Notes: generated by a model not told the origin, from the letters alone. Positions 27,954-37,897 are shown, counted from the stretch's first letter. The stretch is DNA of 64,000 nucleotides from an uncultured delta proteobacterium (GCA_963832165.1 CAWHTE010000007.1:320001-384000), one strand, 5' to 3'. Numbers and translations: made by a program.

Positions 27954-29120
27954 ATGAGCCCCGCCCCTTCGCAGCCGTTCCGCTTCGCGCTCGAAGGCAC
28001 GAGCGGCGACGCGCGCGCGGGCGCGTTCTCGACGCCGCACGGGCCGTTCTCGACGCCCGCATTCATGCCCGTCGGAACGCACGGCGCGGTGAAGGCGATG
28101 ACGCCCGATCAGGTCATCGCAACCGGCAGCGAGATCGTGCTCGCGAACACCTATCACCTCGCGCTGCGGCCCGGCGAGGAGCTCGTGGCGAAGCTCGGCG
28201 GACTGCACGCGTTCATGCGCTGGGATGGGCCGATCCTCACCGACAGCGGCGGCTTCCAGGTCTTCTCGCTGCCCAAAGCGGACATCAGCGACCGCGGCGT
28301 GCGCTTCCAGAGCGAGGTCGACGGCACACCGGTGGAGATCACGCCCGAGCGCTCGATCCAGATCCAGCACGCGCTCGGCTCCGACATCGCGATGGCGTTC
28401 GACGAGTGCACGCCGTACCCCGCCGACGAGAAGGACGCGCGCACGGGCGTGCGGCGCACGCTCGCGTGGCTCGAGCGCTGCGCGAAGGAGCACGCGGGCC
28501 GCCGCGATCAGGCGCTGTTCGGGATCGTACAGGGCAGCACCTATCAACATCTGCGCACGAGCTGTGCGCAGGCGGTCGTGGCGATGGACCTGCCCGGCGT
28601 CGCGATCGGCGGCGTGTCGGTGGGCGAGGGCCACGATCTGCTCGTGCAGGTGACGGGCTGGACGACGCCGCTCCTGCCCGAGGACAAGCCCCGCTATTTG
28701 ATGGGCGTGGGCCTGCCCGAGGACGTGCTCGCGGCGATCGGGCTCGGCATCGACATGTTCGACTGCGTGATCCCCACCCGCTATGCGCGCAGCGCCACGC
28801 TGTTCACGCGGCGCGGTCGCGTGCGCCTGACCAACCGCCGCTATCGCCGCGACGGCTACCCGATCGACCCGAGCTGCGACTGCGCGACCTGCGCCGCCGG
28901 CTTCACGCGCGCCTACCTGCACCACCTGTTCGCCGCGAACGAAATCCTCTCGGCGATCCTCGCCTCGGTACACAACGTGCGCTTCTACCAGCGCCTGGTC
29001 GCCGACGCGCGCACCGCGATCCTCGAGGGAGGCTTCGCAGAGTTCCGCGAGGCGTTCCTGGCCGACTACCGGTCGGGCGGACCCTCCAGCGAAGGCAGCG
29101 GCCCGGCAGCTCACCGGTAG
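27954..29120 (+). CDS. tgt: tRNA-guanine transglycosylase
   Basis: TPAFMPVGT, LANTYHL, TDSGGFQVFSL, DMFDCVIPTR, CDCATC, HN. Confidence 0.96.
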   Translation: MSPAPSQPFRFALEGTSGDARAGAFSTPHGPFSTPAFMPVGTHGAVKAMTPDQVIATGSEIVLANTYHLALRPGEELVAKLGGLHAFMRWDGPILTDSGGFQVFSLPKADISDRGVRFQSEVDGTPVEITPERSIQIQHALGSDIAMAFDECTPYPADEKDARTGVRRTLAWLERCAKEHAGRRDQALFGIVQGSTYQHLRTSCAQAVVAMDLPGVAIGGVSVGEGHDLLVQVTGWTTPLLPEDKPRYLMGVGLPEDVLAAIGLGIDMFDCVIPTRYARSATLFTRRGRVRLTNRRYRRDGYPIDPSCDCATCAAGFTRAYLHHLFAANEILSAILASVHNVRFYQRLVADARTAILEGGFAEFREAFLADYRSGGPSSEGSGPAAHR

Positions 29121-29132
29121 CTCGCGCGCAAT

Positions 29133-29148
29133 TGTGACTTCGATCACA
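29133..29148. promoter_or_regulatory. Perfect CRP-type box TGTGA-N6-TCACA
   Basis: TGTGACTTCGATCACA in the gap between tgt and the next gene. Confidence 0.6.
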
Positions 29149-29214
29149 CGGGGCGTCCTCGGAGTGGTCGATTTCCCTAGCACTTCGGAGGGGCCCGAGG
29201 TTGGGAGCAGCCCC

Positions 29215-29580
29215 ATGACCACACGCATCGCCCGATTGCTCGCGATTCTGGTCTTGCTCACCACCGCAAGCGCGTTGCCGGCCTCCGCGAACGGGCTCGA
29301 CACGATGCTGTGGCGGCCCCCGGTGAGCGGCGCGCGAGCGTTCACGGGCGACTGGGCCGGATTGCGGCTCTGGGCCGAGGGCGCGGGGTTCTCAGTGGGC
29401 CGGCGCTCGGCGGGGTTCGGGCTGCAGGGTGGTGCCTCGCTCCCGCTCGCCGAGCGCATCGGCCTCACGGCGGGCTACCGCCTGATGGGCTTCTCGCTGG
29501 GCGACCGGCTCGACGCGCAGCTCGACGACGTCGACTCGCGCGCATTCGCGCCGATTCTCGGGATCGACATCGAGTTCTGA
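29215..29580 (+). CDS. Small secreted, outer-membrane beta-strand-like protein
   Basis: Signal peptide (ASA-N), amphipathic strands, terminal Phe (LGIDIEF). Confidence 0.6.
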   Translation: MTTRIARLLAILVLLTTASALPASANGLDTMLWRPPVSGARAFTGDWAGLRLWAEGAGFSVGRRSAGFGLQGGASLPLAERIGLTAGYRLMGFSLGDRLDAQLDDVDSRAFAPILGIDIEF

Positions 29581-29617
29581 GCAGGCCGGGTGATCACGCG
29601 CGGCTATCTTCGCGCGC

Positions 29618-30103
29618 GTGTCGAACCAGCTGCTCTCGCCCGAAGAAGTGCTCGCGCGCTACACCGCCGGACCGAAGAGCGGCGTGTTCACGGACGGATC
29701 GTGCGAGGGCAACCCGGGCCCGGGCGGCTGGGGCGTGGTGTGGGTAGAGGACGACCAGGTCCGCGCCGAGAAATCGGGCGTGGATCCCTCCACCACCAAC
29801 AACCGCATGGAGCTCGCGGCGCTGATCGCGGCCTATGAGCTCCTGCCCGCCGACGCCGAGGTCACCGTCTACTCCGACAGTCAGCTGTGCGTGAAGACCG
29901 TGAACGAGTGGGCCGCGGGCTGGGAAGCGCGCGGCTGGCGTCGCAAGACCGGCCCGATCGCGAACCTCGAACTGGTCAAACGCCTCTACGCGCTCGCCAA
30001 CGCGCATCCGAAGGTCACGCTGCGCTGGATCCGGGCGCACGACGGCTCGAAGTGGAACGAGTACGCCGATGCGCTCTCGAACGCGTTCATGCGCGGCGCA
30101 TAG
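29618..30103 (+). CDS. rnhA: Ribonuclease HI
   Basis: FTDGSCEGNPGPGGWG, TTNNRMEL, YSDS, WIRAH, NEYADAL. Confidence 0.93.
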   Translation: MSNQLLSPEEVLARYTAGPKSGVFTDGSCEGNPGPGGWGVVWVEDDQVRAEKSGVDPSTTNNRMELAALIAAYELLPADAEVTVYSDSQLCVKTVNEWAAGWEARGWRRKTGPIANLELVKRLYALANAHPKVTLRWIRAHDGSKWNEYADALSNAFMRGA

Positions 30104-30162
30104 GCCGCCGAGGGGCACGATGACACGCCCCTTCTTGCTCGTTAGGCGACGGAAGGAGTGTC

Positions 30163-30609
30163 ATGAGTGACGGTGAGAACCCCTTCTGGGCCGCCGTGCG
30201 CGGCGAGGTTCCTGGCCCGCCCGCCGCGAAGCTGCTCGGGTTCAAGGTGCTCGAAGCGGTGCCGGGCAGCGGGCGCATCCGGGTCCAGTTCGAGGCCACC
30301 GACGAGTTCACGAACCCGATCGGCAACGTGCAGGGCGGCATCCTCGCCGCGATGCTCGACGACACGATGGGGCCGGCGCTCGCCACGACGTTCGGCGCGC
30401 ACGAGTTCGCACCGACGCTCGAGCTCAAGGTGAGCTTCGTCCGCCCGGGCAAGCCCGGGCCGATCTTCGGCACGGGCTGGGTCGTTCACCGCGGAGGCTC
30501 GGTGGCCTTCCTCCAAGGCGAGCTCCACGACGCGGCCGGCGAACTCCTCGCGACGGGCTCGGCGACGGCCCGTCTCGTCCGCGTGGAGCCGGGCGGCTTC
30601 AAGATCTGA
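30163..30609 (+). CDS. PaaI family thioesterase
   Basis: NPIGNVQGGILAAMLDD, TLELKVSFVRP. Confidence 0.88.
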   Translation: MSDGENPFWAAVRGEVPGPPAAKLLGFKVLEAVPGSGRIRVQFEATDEFTNPIGNVQGGILAAMLDDTMGPALATTFGAHEFAPTLELKVSFVRPGKPGPIFGTGWVVHRGGSVAFLQGELHDAAGELLATGSATARLVRVEPGGFKI

Positions 30610-30625
30610 GAGGGCAGCACGCCGA

Positions 30626-31303
30626 ATGGCACTCGTTGCGCACGACGCGGACCTCTGGAGCACCGAGTACGAGATGGGCTGGCCGGCCGGGCTGGTTCCG
30701 ATTCCGGTGCGCATGACGGTGATCCGACTCGGCGACGGACAGCTCATCCTGCACTCGCCGGCGCCGATCACGCGCGAGCTTCGCGACGAGCTCGCTGCGC
30801 TGGGCCGGGTCGGCTTCATCGTCGTCCCCGAAGCCCACGGCATGTTCGCGGGTGCCGCGGCGCAGAGCTTCCCGGACGCGCAGCTCCTCGCGGCGCCTTC
30901 CGCTCCGCTGCGGCGCAAGTCGCTCTCGTTCCACGCTTCGCTTGCGCACGAACCGCCCGCGGCGTGGGGCGGCAGCGTCGACTGCCATCTCGTGCGCGGG
31001 TTCCGGCTCCACGAAGTGGTGCTGTTCCATCGCGCGTCGCGGACGCTCGTGATTACCGACCTGTGCTTCAACATCCACCGCTCACCCACCCGGCTCGGCC
31101 GCGCGATCTTCCGCGCGAACGGCATGTGGCGGCGATTCGGGCCGAGCCGGCTGATCCGCTACCTGACCATCTCCCATCGCGCGGCGTTCCGGGGCTCGCT
31201 CGAGCACATCCTGCGCTGGGATTTCGAACGCATCGTCCCGGGGCACGGCGACGTCGTCGAGAGGGGCGGGCCCTCCGCACTGCGTGCGGCGTGGCTCGGC
31301 TGA
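30626..31303 (+). CDS. DUF4336 family (MBL-like) protein
   Basis: RMTVIRL, LHSP, EVVLFHRASRTLVITD, WDFERIVPGHG. Confidence 0.8.
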   Translation: MALVAHDADLWSTEYEMGWPAGLVPIPVRMTVIRLGDGQLILHSPAPITRELRDELAALGRVGFIVVPEAHGMFAGAAAQSFPDAQLLAAPSAPLRRKSLSFHASLAHEPPAAWGGSVDCHLVRGFRLHEVVLFHRASRTLVITDLCFNIHRSPTRLGRAIFRANGMWRRFGPSRLIRYLTISHRAAFRGSLEHILRWDFERIVPGHGDVVERGGPSALRAAWLG

Positions 31304-31330
31304 CGACCGCGCGGCTATCGTCCCCTCGCA

Positions 31331-31834
31331 ATGGGAGGGGACTTGCTCGAGGCACCGAAAGAGCTCCGCGAATTCCTCGCTGCGTTTCCCGAGGATGTCT
31401 CGAAGCTCTTCCTCGCGACTCGACGCTTCGTTCTCGAGGCATCCCCGGGCGCGAGCGAGCTGATCTACGACGCCTACAACGCGGTCTCGGCGGCCTACAC
31501 GTACTCGGGTCAGCTCAAGGAGGCCTTCTGTCACGTCGCGGCCTACTCGAGCTACGTGAATCTCGGCTTCAATCGCGGGGCCGAGCTGTCCGATCCGAAG
31601 CGCATCCTCGCGGGCTCGGGCGCGCGCATCCGCCACGTCCGCATCGAAGCTCCCGCGGATCTGCGCGCGCCGGCGCTCGCGGCGCTGCTGCGCGCAGCCG
31701 TGGCGCAGGGCCGCGCCCTCGCTTCCGAGGCCGGCACACGCAAAGCTTCCTCCACGATCCGCCCCACCACGGGGGGCAAACGCCGGCCCCAGCGCACCTC
31801 GTCACGCAACCAGCGGAGGAGCTCCAATCGATGA
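31331..31834 (+). CDS. DUF1801 domain protein
   Basis: VNLGFNRGAELSDPKRILAGSGARIRHV. Confidence 0.75.
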   Translation: MGGDLLEAPKELREFLAAFPEDVSKLFLATRRFVLEASPGASELIYDAYNAVSAAYTYSGQLKEAFCHVAAYSSYVNLGFNRGAELSDPKRILAGSGARIRHVRIEAPADLRAPALAALLRAAVAQGRALASEAGTRKASSTIRPTTGGKRRPQRTSSRNQRRSSNR

Positions 31835-32241
31835 AGGCCCTGAAGATCGTCCTGATCGCCGTTCTGGTCTACGTGGGAATCGTCGCCGCGTTCGAGACGA
31901 TGATCGGAACGCTGCAGCCCACGCCGGCCGAGTCGACGCTCGTGATCACGACCTCCGATCCCGACGGGACCGCACACGACCGGGTCGTTTCCCGTCTGGA
32001 CTCGGGCGGGCAGATCTATGTGTCTGCGAACCACTGGCCGCGCGCATGGTATCGGCGCGCGTTGGCGAACCCGGACGTGCAGGCCACGATCGACGGCAAC
32101 AAGGCCGACTATCGCGCCGTGCCCGTGACGGGCGAGGAGCACGATCGCGTCGACGCCGAGCATCCCCACTCGCCGTGGTTCCGGTTCATGACGGGCTACC
32201 CGCCGAGACTCTTCGTGCGACTGGATCCGCGCCAGCCGTGA
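31831..32241 (+). CDS. Nitroreductase/deazaflavin quinone-reductase-like split-barrel protein, membrane-anchored
   Basis: N-terminal TM, WYRRALANPDV, FVRLDPR. RBS GGAGGA. Confidence 0.6.
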   Translation: MKALKIVLIAVLVYVGIVAAFETMIGTLQPTPAESTLVITTSDPDGTAHDRVVSRLDSGGQIYVSANHWPRAWYRRALANPDVQATIDGNKADYRAVPVTGEEHDRVDAEHPHSPWFRFMTGYPPRLFVRLDPRQP

Positions 32242-32300
32242 GCGCGGGTCCATCGGGCGCGGGAGATCTCGCGGTCCTGGGTTGATCGGAGTCGGGGCGG

Positions 32301-33101
32301 ATGCCGACGCTCTCCATCGATGAACGCCGCCTGAGCTACGAGGACTACGGGAGCGGCCGCGTCGCGCTGCTGATCCACGGATCGCCCGGGAATGCGCGCG
32401 CGTGGACGCGAGTCGGTGAGCGACTCGCTGCGCGCTTTCGCGTCGTCGCGCCCGATCTGCCCGGCTACGGCGAGACCACGCCCCAGCCGCCCGAGCAGGA
32501 GCCCGATGCGGGCTATGCGAGCGAGCTCGTCGAGGCGCTCGTGCGCGAGGTCGGCCCGCCCGCAGTGCTCGCGGGCCACTCGTACGGCGGCGTGGTCGCG
32601 CTCTCGGTCGCGCTGCGCGGCAACGCGCCGATCCGCTCGCTCGCGCTGTTCGAGCCCGTCGCGCTGAAGATCCTGCCGCTCGCGGGCGCGTCCGACGCCT
32701 TCGCGGCCGCGAAGGCCGTCTTCGACGACTACTTCGCGAGCTTCGCGGGCGGAGATCACAGGGCCGTGCGGAAGATGATCGATCTGTGGTTCGGCGACGG
32801 TGCGTTCGCGAGCATGCCCGACTCGCTGACCTCGTACTTGATCAGCGACACGGCCTCGAACATCCGGGACGTTCGCGCGACGTTTCGCGAGAGCTACTCG
32901 GTCGAGGCGTTCCGAAAGCTCGCGATGCCCGTGCTCTCGGTGGTCGGCGAACGGAGCCCGGAAGTCACGCATCGGATCGCGCGCGCGATCAGCGATTTCG
33001 CGCCGCACGGCGCGCTCGAGACGATGGCGGACGCCACGCACGCGCTCACCACTACACACGTGGAGGCCGTCGCCGACGCTATTTCGCGGGCCGCGCGTTA
33101 G
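32301..33101 (+). CDS. Alpha/beta hydrolase
   Basis: LIHG, PDLPGYG, GHSYGG, C-terminal His. Confidence 0.88.
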   Translation: MPTLSIDERRLSYEDYGSGRVALLIHGSPGNARAWTRVGERLAARFRVVAPDLPGYGETTPQPPEQEPDAGYASELVEALVREVGPPAVLAGHSYGGVVALSVALRGNAPIRSLALFEPVALKILPLAGASDAFAAAKAVFDDYFASFAGGDHRAVRKMIDLWFGDGAFASMPDSLTSYLISDTASNIRDVRATFRESYSVEAFRKLAMPVLSVVGERSPEVTHRIARAISDFAPHGALETMADATHALTTTHVEAVADAISRAAR

Positions 33102-33738
33102 GACCGAAGCGCTCCCAGTGCAGGGATTCGTCGACGGGCCGACGCGGAGGGCGCCCGTACTTCCCGAGCGGCCAGCCGATCGGCAGCATCGCGCAGCTCG
33201 GCTGCTCCGGCGGCAGGCCAAGATAGGTGTCGATCTCGGCGTGGAATGCCAGGTGCAGCGTGGTGAGTGACGCGCCGAGCCCGACGGCGCGGCACGCGAG
33301 CAGCACGTTCTGGATGCACGGGAACAGCGCCTGGGTCTGCGGCTCGCCGCGGCGCTTCCAGCCCGCTACGAACAGCAGCACGGGCGCCTCGTGGAGGTGG
33401 TCCGCCAGGTATGTCGCGGCGCGCACGTTGCGGCGCTTCGCGTCGGGATAATCGGGCGACCGGGCCGCCTCGGCGGCCTGCTCGGCATAGCGGTGAAACG
33501 CGGTGCGATAGCGCTCCGCGATCCACGCGCGCCGCTCGCGCTCGGTCACCGCGACGAAGGTCCACGGCTGGCGGTTCCCGCCACTCGGCGCGAACGTGCC
33601 GGCCTCGCACACTTTGCGGATCAGCGCCGGCGGAACCGGATCGGGCCGCAGCCGGCGGATCGCGCGCGCGGTGCGGATCGCCTCGAACAGCCCCACGTCT
33701 TCGCCGAGTGCGTCGACGTCGATCGGGGCGTCGGTCAC
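33079..33738 (-). CDS. Nitroreductase family protein
   Basis: RAIRR, APSGGNRQPW, QNVLLACRAVGLG, PIGWP. Confidence 0.88.
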   Translation of the reverse strand: MTDAPIDVDALGEDVGLFEAIRTARAIRRLRPDPVPPALIRKVCEAGTFAPSGGNRQPWTFVAVTERERRAWIAERYRTAFHRYAEQAAEAARSPDYPDAKRRNVRAATYLADHLHEAPVLLFVAGWKRRGEPQTQALFPCIQNVLLACRAVGLGASLTTLHLAFHAEIDTYLGLPPEQPSCAMLPIGWPLGKYGRPPRRPVDESLHWERFGPNARPAK

Positions 33739-33747
33739 GGTTCGCTC

Positions 33748-34173
33748 CTAGAGCTTCGTCTTGCCGAGTGCGAGGATGCGCGCGAACGCGCGCGGCTCGA
33801 TCGGCATCACCGAGAGCCGACCCTGGCGCACGAGCGCGATCTGCGCGAGCGCGGCATCGCGCTTGATCTCCGCGAGCGTCACCGGCTCCCGCAGCGCCGC
33901 CACGGTCGCGAGGTCGACTACCACCCAGCGCTCGTCGTCCGTCGTGGGATCGGGATAGGCCGCCTTAACGACCTTCACGACGCCGACGATCTCCTTGTCC
34001 TCACCGCTGTGATAGAAGAGCGCGAGGTCGCCCGCGCGCATCGCCTGCAGGTTGTTGCGCGCCTGCGGGTTGCGCACGCCGTCCCAGCGCGTGCGGCCGT
34101 CCTTCACGAGCTCGTCCCAGCCGTAGGTGTCGGGATCGGACTTCACGAGCCAGTGCGAGAGTGCGCGCGGCAC
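33748..34173 (-). CDS. EVE domain protein
   Basis: WLVKSDP, WDGVRNPQARNNL, FYHSG, QGRLSVMP. Confidence 0.9.
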   Translation of the reverse strand: MPRALSHWLVKSDPDTYGWDELVKDGRTRWDGVRNPQARNNLQAMRAGDLALFYHSGEDKEIVGVVKVVKAAYPDPTTDDERWVVVDLATVAALREPVTLAEIKRDAALAQIALVRQGRLSVMPIEPRAFARILALGKTKL

Positions 34174-35378
34174 TACTGGAGGTCCTCGGGCGTGTGGCGG
34201 CGCGTGTACTCGTGCGCGAGATGGGCGACCAGCGAGCGCGGCGCGAGCCGCTGCGAAGCGTTCGCGCGCAGCCAGTTCCACCAGCCCGACACCACGGACG
34301 GCTGGCGTCCGAGCGCTTCGAGCGCGACTTCGACCACGGCCTCGGGCGACTCGCCCGCGTGCGGTAGCTCGCCGGCCACGCCGTGGAACTCGCTCTCCGT
34401 CGAGCCGGGCTCCACGACGAGCACGTCGACCCCGAAGCGGCGCTGCTCGACGTAGAGCGCCTCGCCTAGCAGCTGGTCGAATGCCTTCGTGGCCGCGTAC
34501 ACGTTGTGCAGCGGCAACGGCTGCCGGCCCGCGACCGATCCCGTGAAGATGATCGCGCCGCGGCCGCGCTCCTGCATGCGCGGCAAGAGCCTCCGCGCGA
34601 GCAGCATCGGCGCGACACAGTTGACGGTCACCATGTCGCGCAAGCGTTCGGCCTGGAGCTTGTCGAAGCGGCCCGCGGCGCCGAAGCCCGCGTTGTTCAC
34701 GAGCACTGCGATCGGGAGGTCCGACACCGCGCGTGCGACGCGCTCGGCGCCCTCGGCGTTGGCGAGGTCCTCCGCCACCACCCGTGTCTCCACCGAGAAG
34801 GCCTTCTCGAGGTCCGATGCGAGCGCGTCGAGCCGGTCGGCGCGCCGCGCCGAGAGCACCACCGACATCCCCTCGCGCGCGAGCGCGCGCGCGAACGCCT
34901 CGCCGATCCCGGCCGACGCGCCGGTCACGAGCGCCCAGTCGCCGTAGCGCTCGCGCATCGGCACGCGCTCTTCGCCGAACAGTTGCTCGGCCTCCCAGAG
35001 CGCGCGCGCGAGCAGCGCAAACGGCACGAATGCGATCATTCCGAGCAACAGGCCGAAGCTCTTCTCGTAGATCAGCGGCCACACGAGCATGCCGACCGCC
35101 ACAGAGCCCACGTACACGGCCGCCCACGGCCACAACCACGAGCGCATGCGGTAGAAGCCGTAGAAGCCCGCCGCATAGATCGCCCAGTGCAGCGGCTCGG
35201 TGAGCTTCGCGCCCCAGCCCGTGAACATGATCCCGACCCAGACCTCCTCGTCGCGCGAGACCGGCTTCCAGAGGAAGTCCCACGGCACGTACACGAACGC
35301 CATGTACGCGCAGAACACCATCAGCGCGTTGATCCAGGCCGGGCGCCCGGAGAAGACATCGGAAAGCCAATCGCGCAC
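34173..35378 (-). CDS. SDR oxidoreductase fused to an N-terminal ~4-TM membrane domain
   Basis: TGASAGIG, NNAG, YAATK, preceded in frame by ~125 hydrophobic residues. Confidence 0.82.
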   Translation of the reverse strand: MRDWLSDVFSGRPAWINALMVFCAYMAFVYVPWDFLWKPVSRDEEVWVGIMFTGWGAKLTEPLHWAIYAAGFYGFYRMRSWLWPWAAVYVGSVAVGMLVWPLIYEKSFGLLLGMIAFVPFALLARALWEAEQLFGEERVPMRERYGDWALVTGASAGIGEAFARALAREGMSVVLSARRADRLDALASDLEKAFSVETRVVAEDLANAEGAERVARAVSDLPIAVLVNNAGFGAAGRFDKLQAERLRDMVTVNCVAPMLLARRLLPRMQERGRGAIIFTGSVAGRQPLPLHNVYAATKAFDQLLGEALYVEQRRFGVDVLVVEPGSTESEFHGVAGELPHAGESPEAVVEVALEALGRQPSVVSGWWNWLRANASQRLAPRSLVAHLAHEYTRRHTPEDLQ

Positions 35379-35441
35379 GGATCGACCTCGGGGGCCGGAG
35401 TAGAATGACGCAGCTACACGAAAGTGGGGAGGGAAAGAAGC

Positions 35442-36632
35442 GTGGGACCGCTCGACGGAATCCGGATCCTCGACCTCACCATCGCGCTCTCGGGACCGTG
35501 GGCGGTCGGGATCCTCGCGGATCAGGGCGCCGATGTGGTGAAGGTGGAGCCGCCCGGGATCGGCGACATCGGGCGCTGGGTGGGCCCTGCAATCGGCGGC
35601 GTCTCCGCGATGGCGCAGATCGCCAACCGCGGCAAGCGCTCGATCGCGATCAACCTTCACACCGAACCCGGCCGCGAGATCGCGCGCGCGCTCGCCGCGC
35701 GCGCGGACGTGTTCGTGCAGAACTTCCGCCCCGGCGTGATCGAGCGGCTCGGGCTGGGCTACGACGTGCTCTCGGCGTCGAATCCGGGCCTCGTGTACGT
35801 CTCGATCAGCGGCTTCGGCGCGTCGGGACCCTACGCGCACAAGAGCGCCTACGACCCGGTCGTGCAGGCCTACGGCGGCCTGGCCGCGGTACAAGCGGGC
35901 GCGAGCGGCGAGCCGCAGCTGATCCGCCACACCGCCGCCGACAAGATCACCTCGCTCACCGCCGCGCAGGCGATCACCGCAGCGCTGTTCGCGCGCGAGC
36001 GAAGTCGATCCGGCGCCGGTGGACAGCACCTCGAGCTCTCGATGCTCGAGAGCGTGATGAGCTTCGTGTGGGCCGACGCCGCGGGCAACGAGGTGCTGCT
36101 CGACTCCGACGGAAAGCAGCCGTCGAGCTTCTCGCGCGATCAGAAGCTCTGGCCGACCAAGGATGGCTACGTGATCGCGGCGCCGGTTTCCGACGACGAC
36201 GTCGCGGCGATCTGCCGCGGTGTCGGCGTGGACGGCTACGACGATCCGAAGGTCGCGACGATCATCGCGCGCCGGCAGAACACGGAGGCGTTCCAGGCGC
36301 TGTTGCGGCGCGTGTACGCCGCGGTGGGCAACATGACCACGGCCGAGGCGATCCGCGGCATGGAGCGCGAGCGCGCGCCGTGCGGTGCCGTGCTAGGCCC
36401 CGCCGAGCACCACCTCGACCCGCAGGTGGTCGCGCTCGGTGTGCTCGAAGACTCGCTCCACCCCGCTGCGGGGCGCCTGCGCCAGCCGCGCCCGCCCGCG
36501 CGCTTCGCGGCGACGCCCGCGAAGACGGGCGCGCCCGCGCCCACGATCGGCCAGCACACCGACGAGATTCTCGCCGAGCTCGGCATGCGCGAGCAGATCG
36601 CCGCACTGCGCGCGGCGGGATCGGTGGCCTGA
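35442..36632 (+). CDS. CaiB/BaiF class III CoA-transferase
   Basis: LDGIRILDL, GADVVKVEPP, NRGKRSI, NFRPGV, GQHTDEIL. Confidence 0.92.
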   Translation: MGPLDGIRILDLTIALSGPWAVGILADQGADVVKVEPPGIGDIGRWVGPAIGGVSAMAQIANRGKRSIAINLHTEPGREIARALAARADVFVQNFRPGVIERLGLGYDVLSASNPGLVYVSISGFGASGPYAHKSAYDPVVQAYGGLAAVQAGASGEPQLIRHTAADKITSLTAAQAITAALFARERSRSGAGGQHLELSMLESVMSFVWADAAGNEVLLDSDGKQPSSFSRDQKLWPTKDGYVIAAPVSDDDVAAICRGVGVDGYDDPKVATIIARRQNTEAFQALLRRVYAAVGNMTTAEAIRGMERERAPCGAVLGPAEHHLDPQVVALGVLEDSLHPAAGRLRQPRPPARFAATPAKTGAPAPTIGQHTDEILAELGMREQIAALRAAGSVA

Positions 36633-36637
36633 GCTCG

Positions 36638-37159
36638 ATGTCGCGGTCCGCGAAGATCGTCGCGATCTGCGCGGGCCACCTGGCCTCGCTCGCAGCCGCT
36701 TGTGCGGCGGGCTGGGCATACAACGCACGCGTCTCGGCACTGCCCTACGACACGTCGGGCGGCATGTACGCCGGAGGCGAGGCGCTCACGGCGCTCGCTG
36801 CGTTCGCCGCCCTCGCGCTGCCGACGACGCTCGTCGCGCTCCTCTTCCTGCGCAGCCAGGAGCGGTTCTGGCACGGGGTCGCCGTGCTCTCGCTCGCGTT
36901 CGCGAGCGCGGGTCTGCTCGCGGTGCTGTCGCCACTCGTGATTCCCGGCGTGGAGGGCCACCCCGTCCTCTGGCCGCTCGGCCTGCTCTGGCTCGCCCAG
37001 CTGCTCGGTGTGCCGCTGTGGACGGTGGCCTTCGCGCTGCTCGCGGTGATCGCTCCGACGTGGCGGACACGCCGGCTGCTGCTCGCCGCGACCGGCATCG
37101 AGCTCGTGATCGCAGTCTGCGCCGCGATCCACTGGTTCGTGCCGTCGCCGCCGTTCTAG
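36638..37159 (+). CDS. Hypothetical membrane protein
   Basis: About five hydrophobic segments. Fills the gap between neighbouring genes. Confidence 0.65.
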   Translation: MSRSAKIVAICAGHLASLAAACAAGWAYNARVSALPYDTSGGMYAGGEALTALAAFAALALPTTLVALLFLRSQERFWHGVAVLSLAFASAGLLAVLSPLVIPGVEGHPVLWPLGLLWLAQLLGVPLWTVAFALLAVIAPTWRTRRLLLAATGIELVIAVCAAIHWFVPSPPF

Positions 37160-37161
37160 CG

Positions 37162-37893
37162 CTAGTTCTGCTTCTCGCTCTCGCCGCGCAGCGGCACGAA
37201 GCGCACCGGCATCAGGCGTTTGCGCTCGATGCCGCGATCGGTCTTCGTATAGAGCCAGAGCTCCTGATCGAAGCTCGGGCCCACCGGGATCACGAGCCGG
37301 CCGCCCGGCGCGAGCTGCTCGAGCAGCGCGGGCGGCACGTGATCGGGCGCCGCGGTGACGAGGATCGCCTCGAACGGCGCCACCTCGGGCCAGCCGCGGT
37401 AGCCGTCGCCCGTGCGCGTGTGGACGTTGGTGCAGCCGAGCCGCTCGAGGTCGGCCTTCGCGCGCGCGGCGAGCGCGGCCTCGATCTCGATCGTGTAGAC
37501 CTCACGCGCGAGCTCCGAGAGCACCGCGGCCTGGTAGCCCGAACCCGTGCCCACTTCGAGCACGCGCTCGCTGCCCGTGAGCGCGGCGGCTTCGCTCATC
37601 GCCGCGACGATGTAGGGCTGCGAGATCGTCTGGCCCGCGCCGATCGGCAACGGATTGTCGTCGTACGCGTCGGCGCGCTCGCCGTCCGGCACCAGCTCGT
37701 GGCGCGGCACCCGGCCCATCGCCTCGAGCACGCGCGCGTCGCGGATCCCTCGCGCGGCGAGCTGCTCGCGCACCATGCGCGCGCGCGACTCGGCGTAGTC
37801 GTCGCTCATCGGCGCGGGCACCTCGCGCGAGCCTCCGCCACACCCGAGCCACCAGAGCGAGGCGAGCAGCATGCTGCGGATCCGGGGTTGCAC
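37162..37893 (-). CDS. pcm: Protein-L-isoaspartate O-methyltransferase (start uncertain)
   Basis: GQTISQPYIVA, VLEVGTGSGYQAA, GDGYRGWP, VTAAP, VRFVPL. Confidence 0.93.
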   Translation of the reverse strand: MQPRIRSMLLASLWWLGCGGGSREVPAPMSDDYAESRARMVREQLAARGIRDARVLEAMGRVPRHELVPDGERADAYDDNPLPIGAGQTISQPYIVAAMSEAAALTGSERVLEVGTGSGYQAAVLSELAREVYTIEIEAALAARAKADLERLGCTNVHTRTGDGYRGWPEVAPFEAILVTAAPDHVPPALLEQLAPGGRLVIPVGPSFDQELWLYTKTDRGIERKRLMPVRFVPLRGESEKQN

Positions 37894-37897
37894 CGAC

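Noticed and set aside
32424..32434. CTCGCTGCGCG antisense partial match to the repeat
   Set aside because: A short GC-rich match within normal hydrolase codons, with no flanking similarity.
30163..33101. Genomic island of small accessory genes
   Set aside because: No integrase, tRNA or flanking direct repeats, and only a mild compositional difference by eye.
33748..34173. EVE domain as part of a modification-dependent defence system
   Set aside because: It is a stand-alone EVE among metabolic genes with no adjacent nuclease or toxin.
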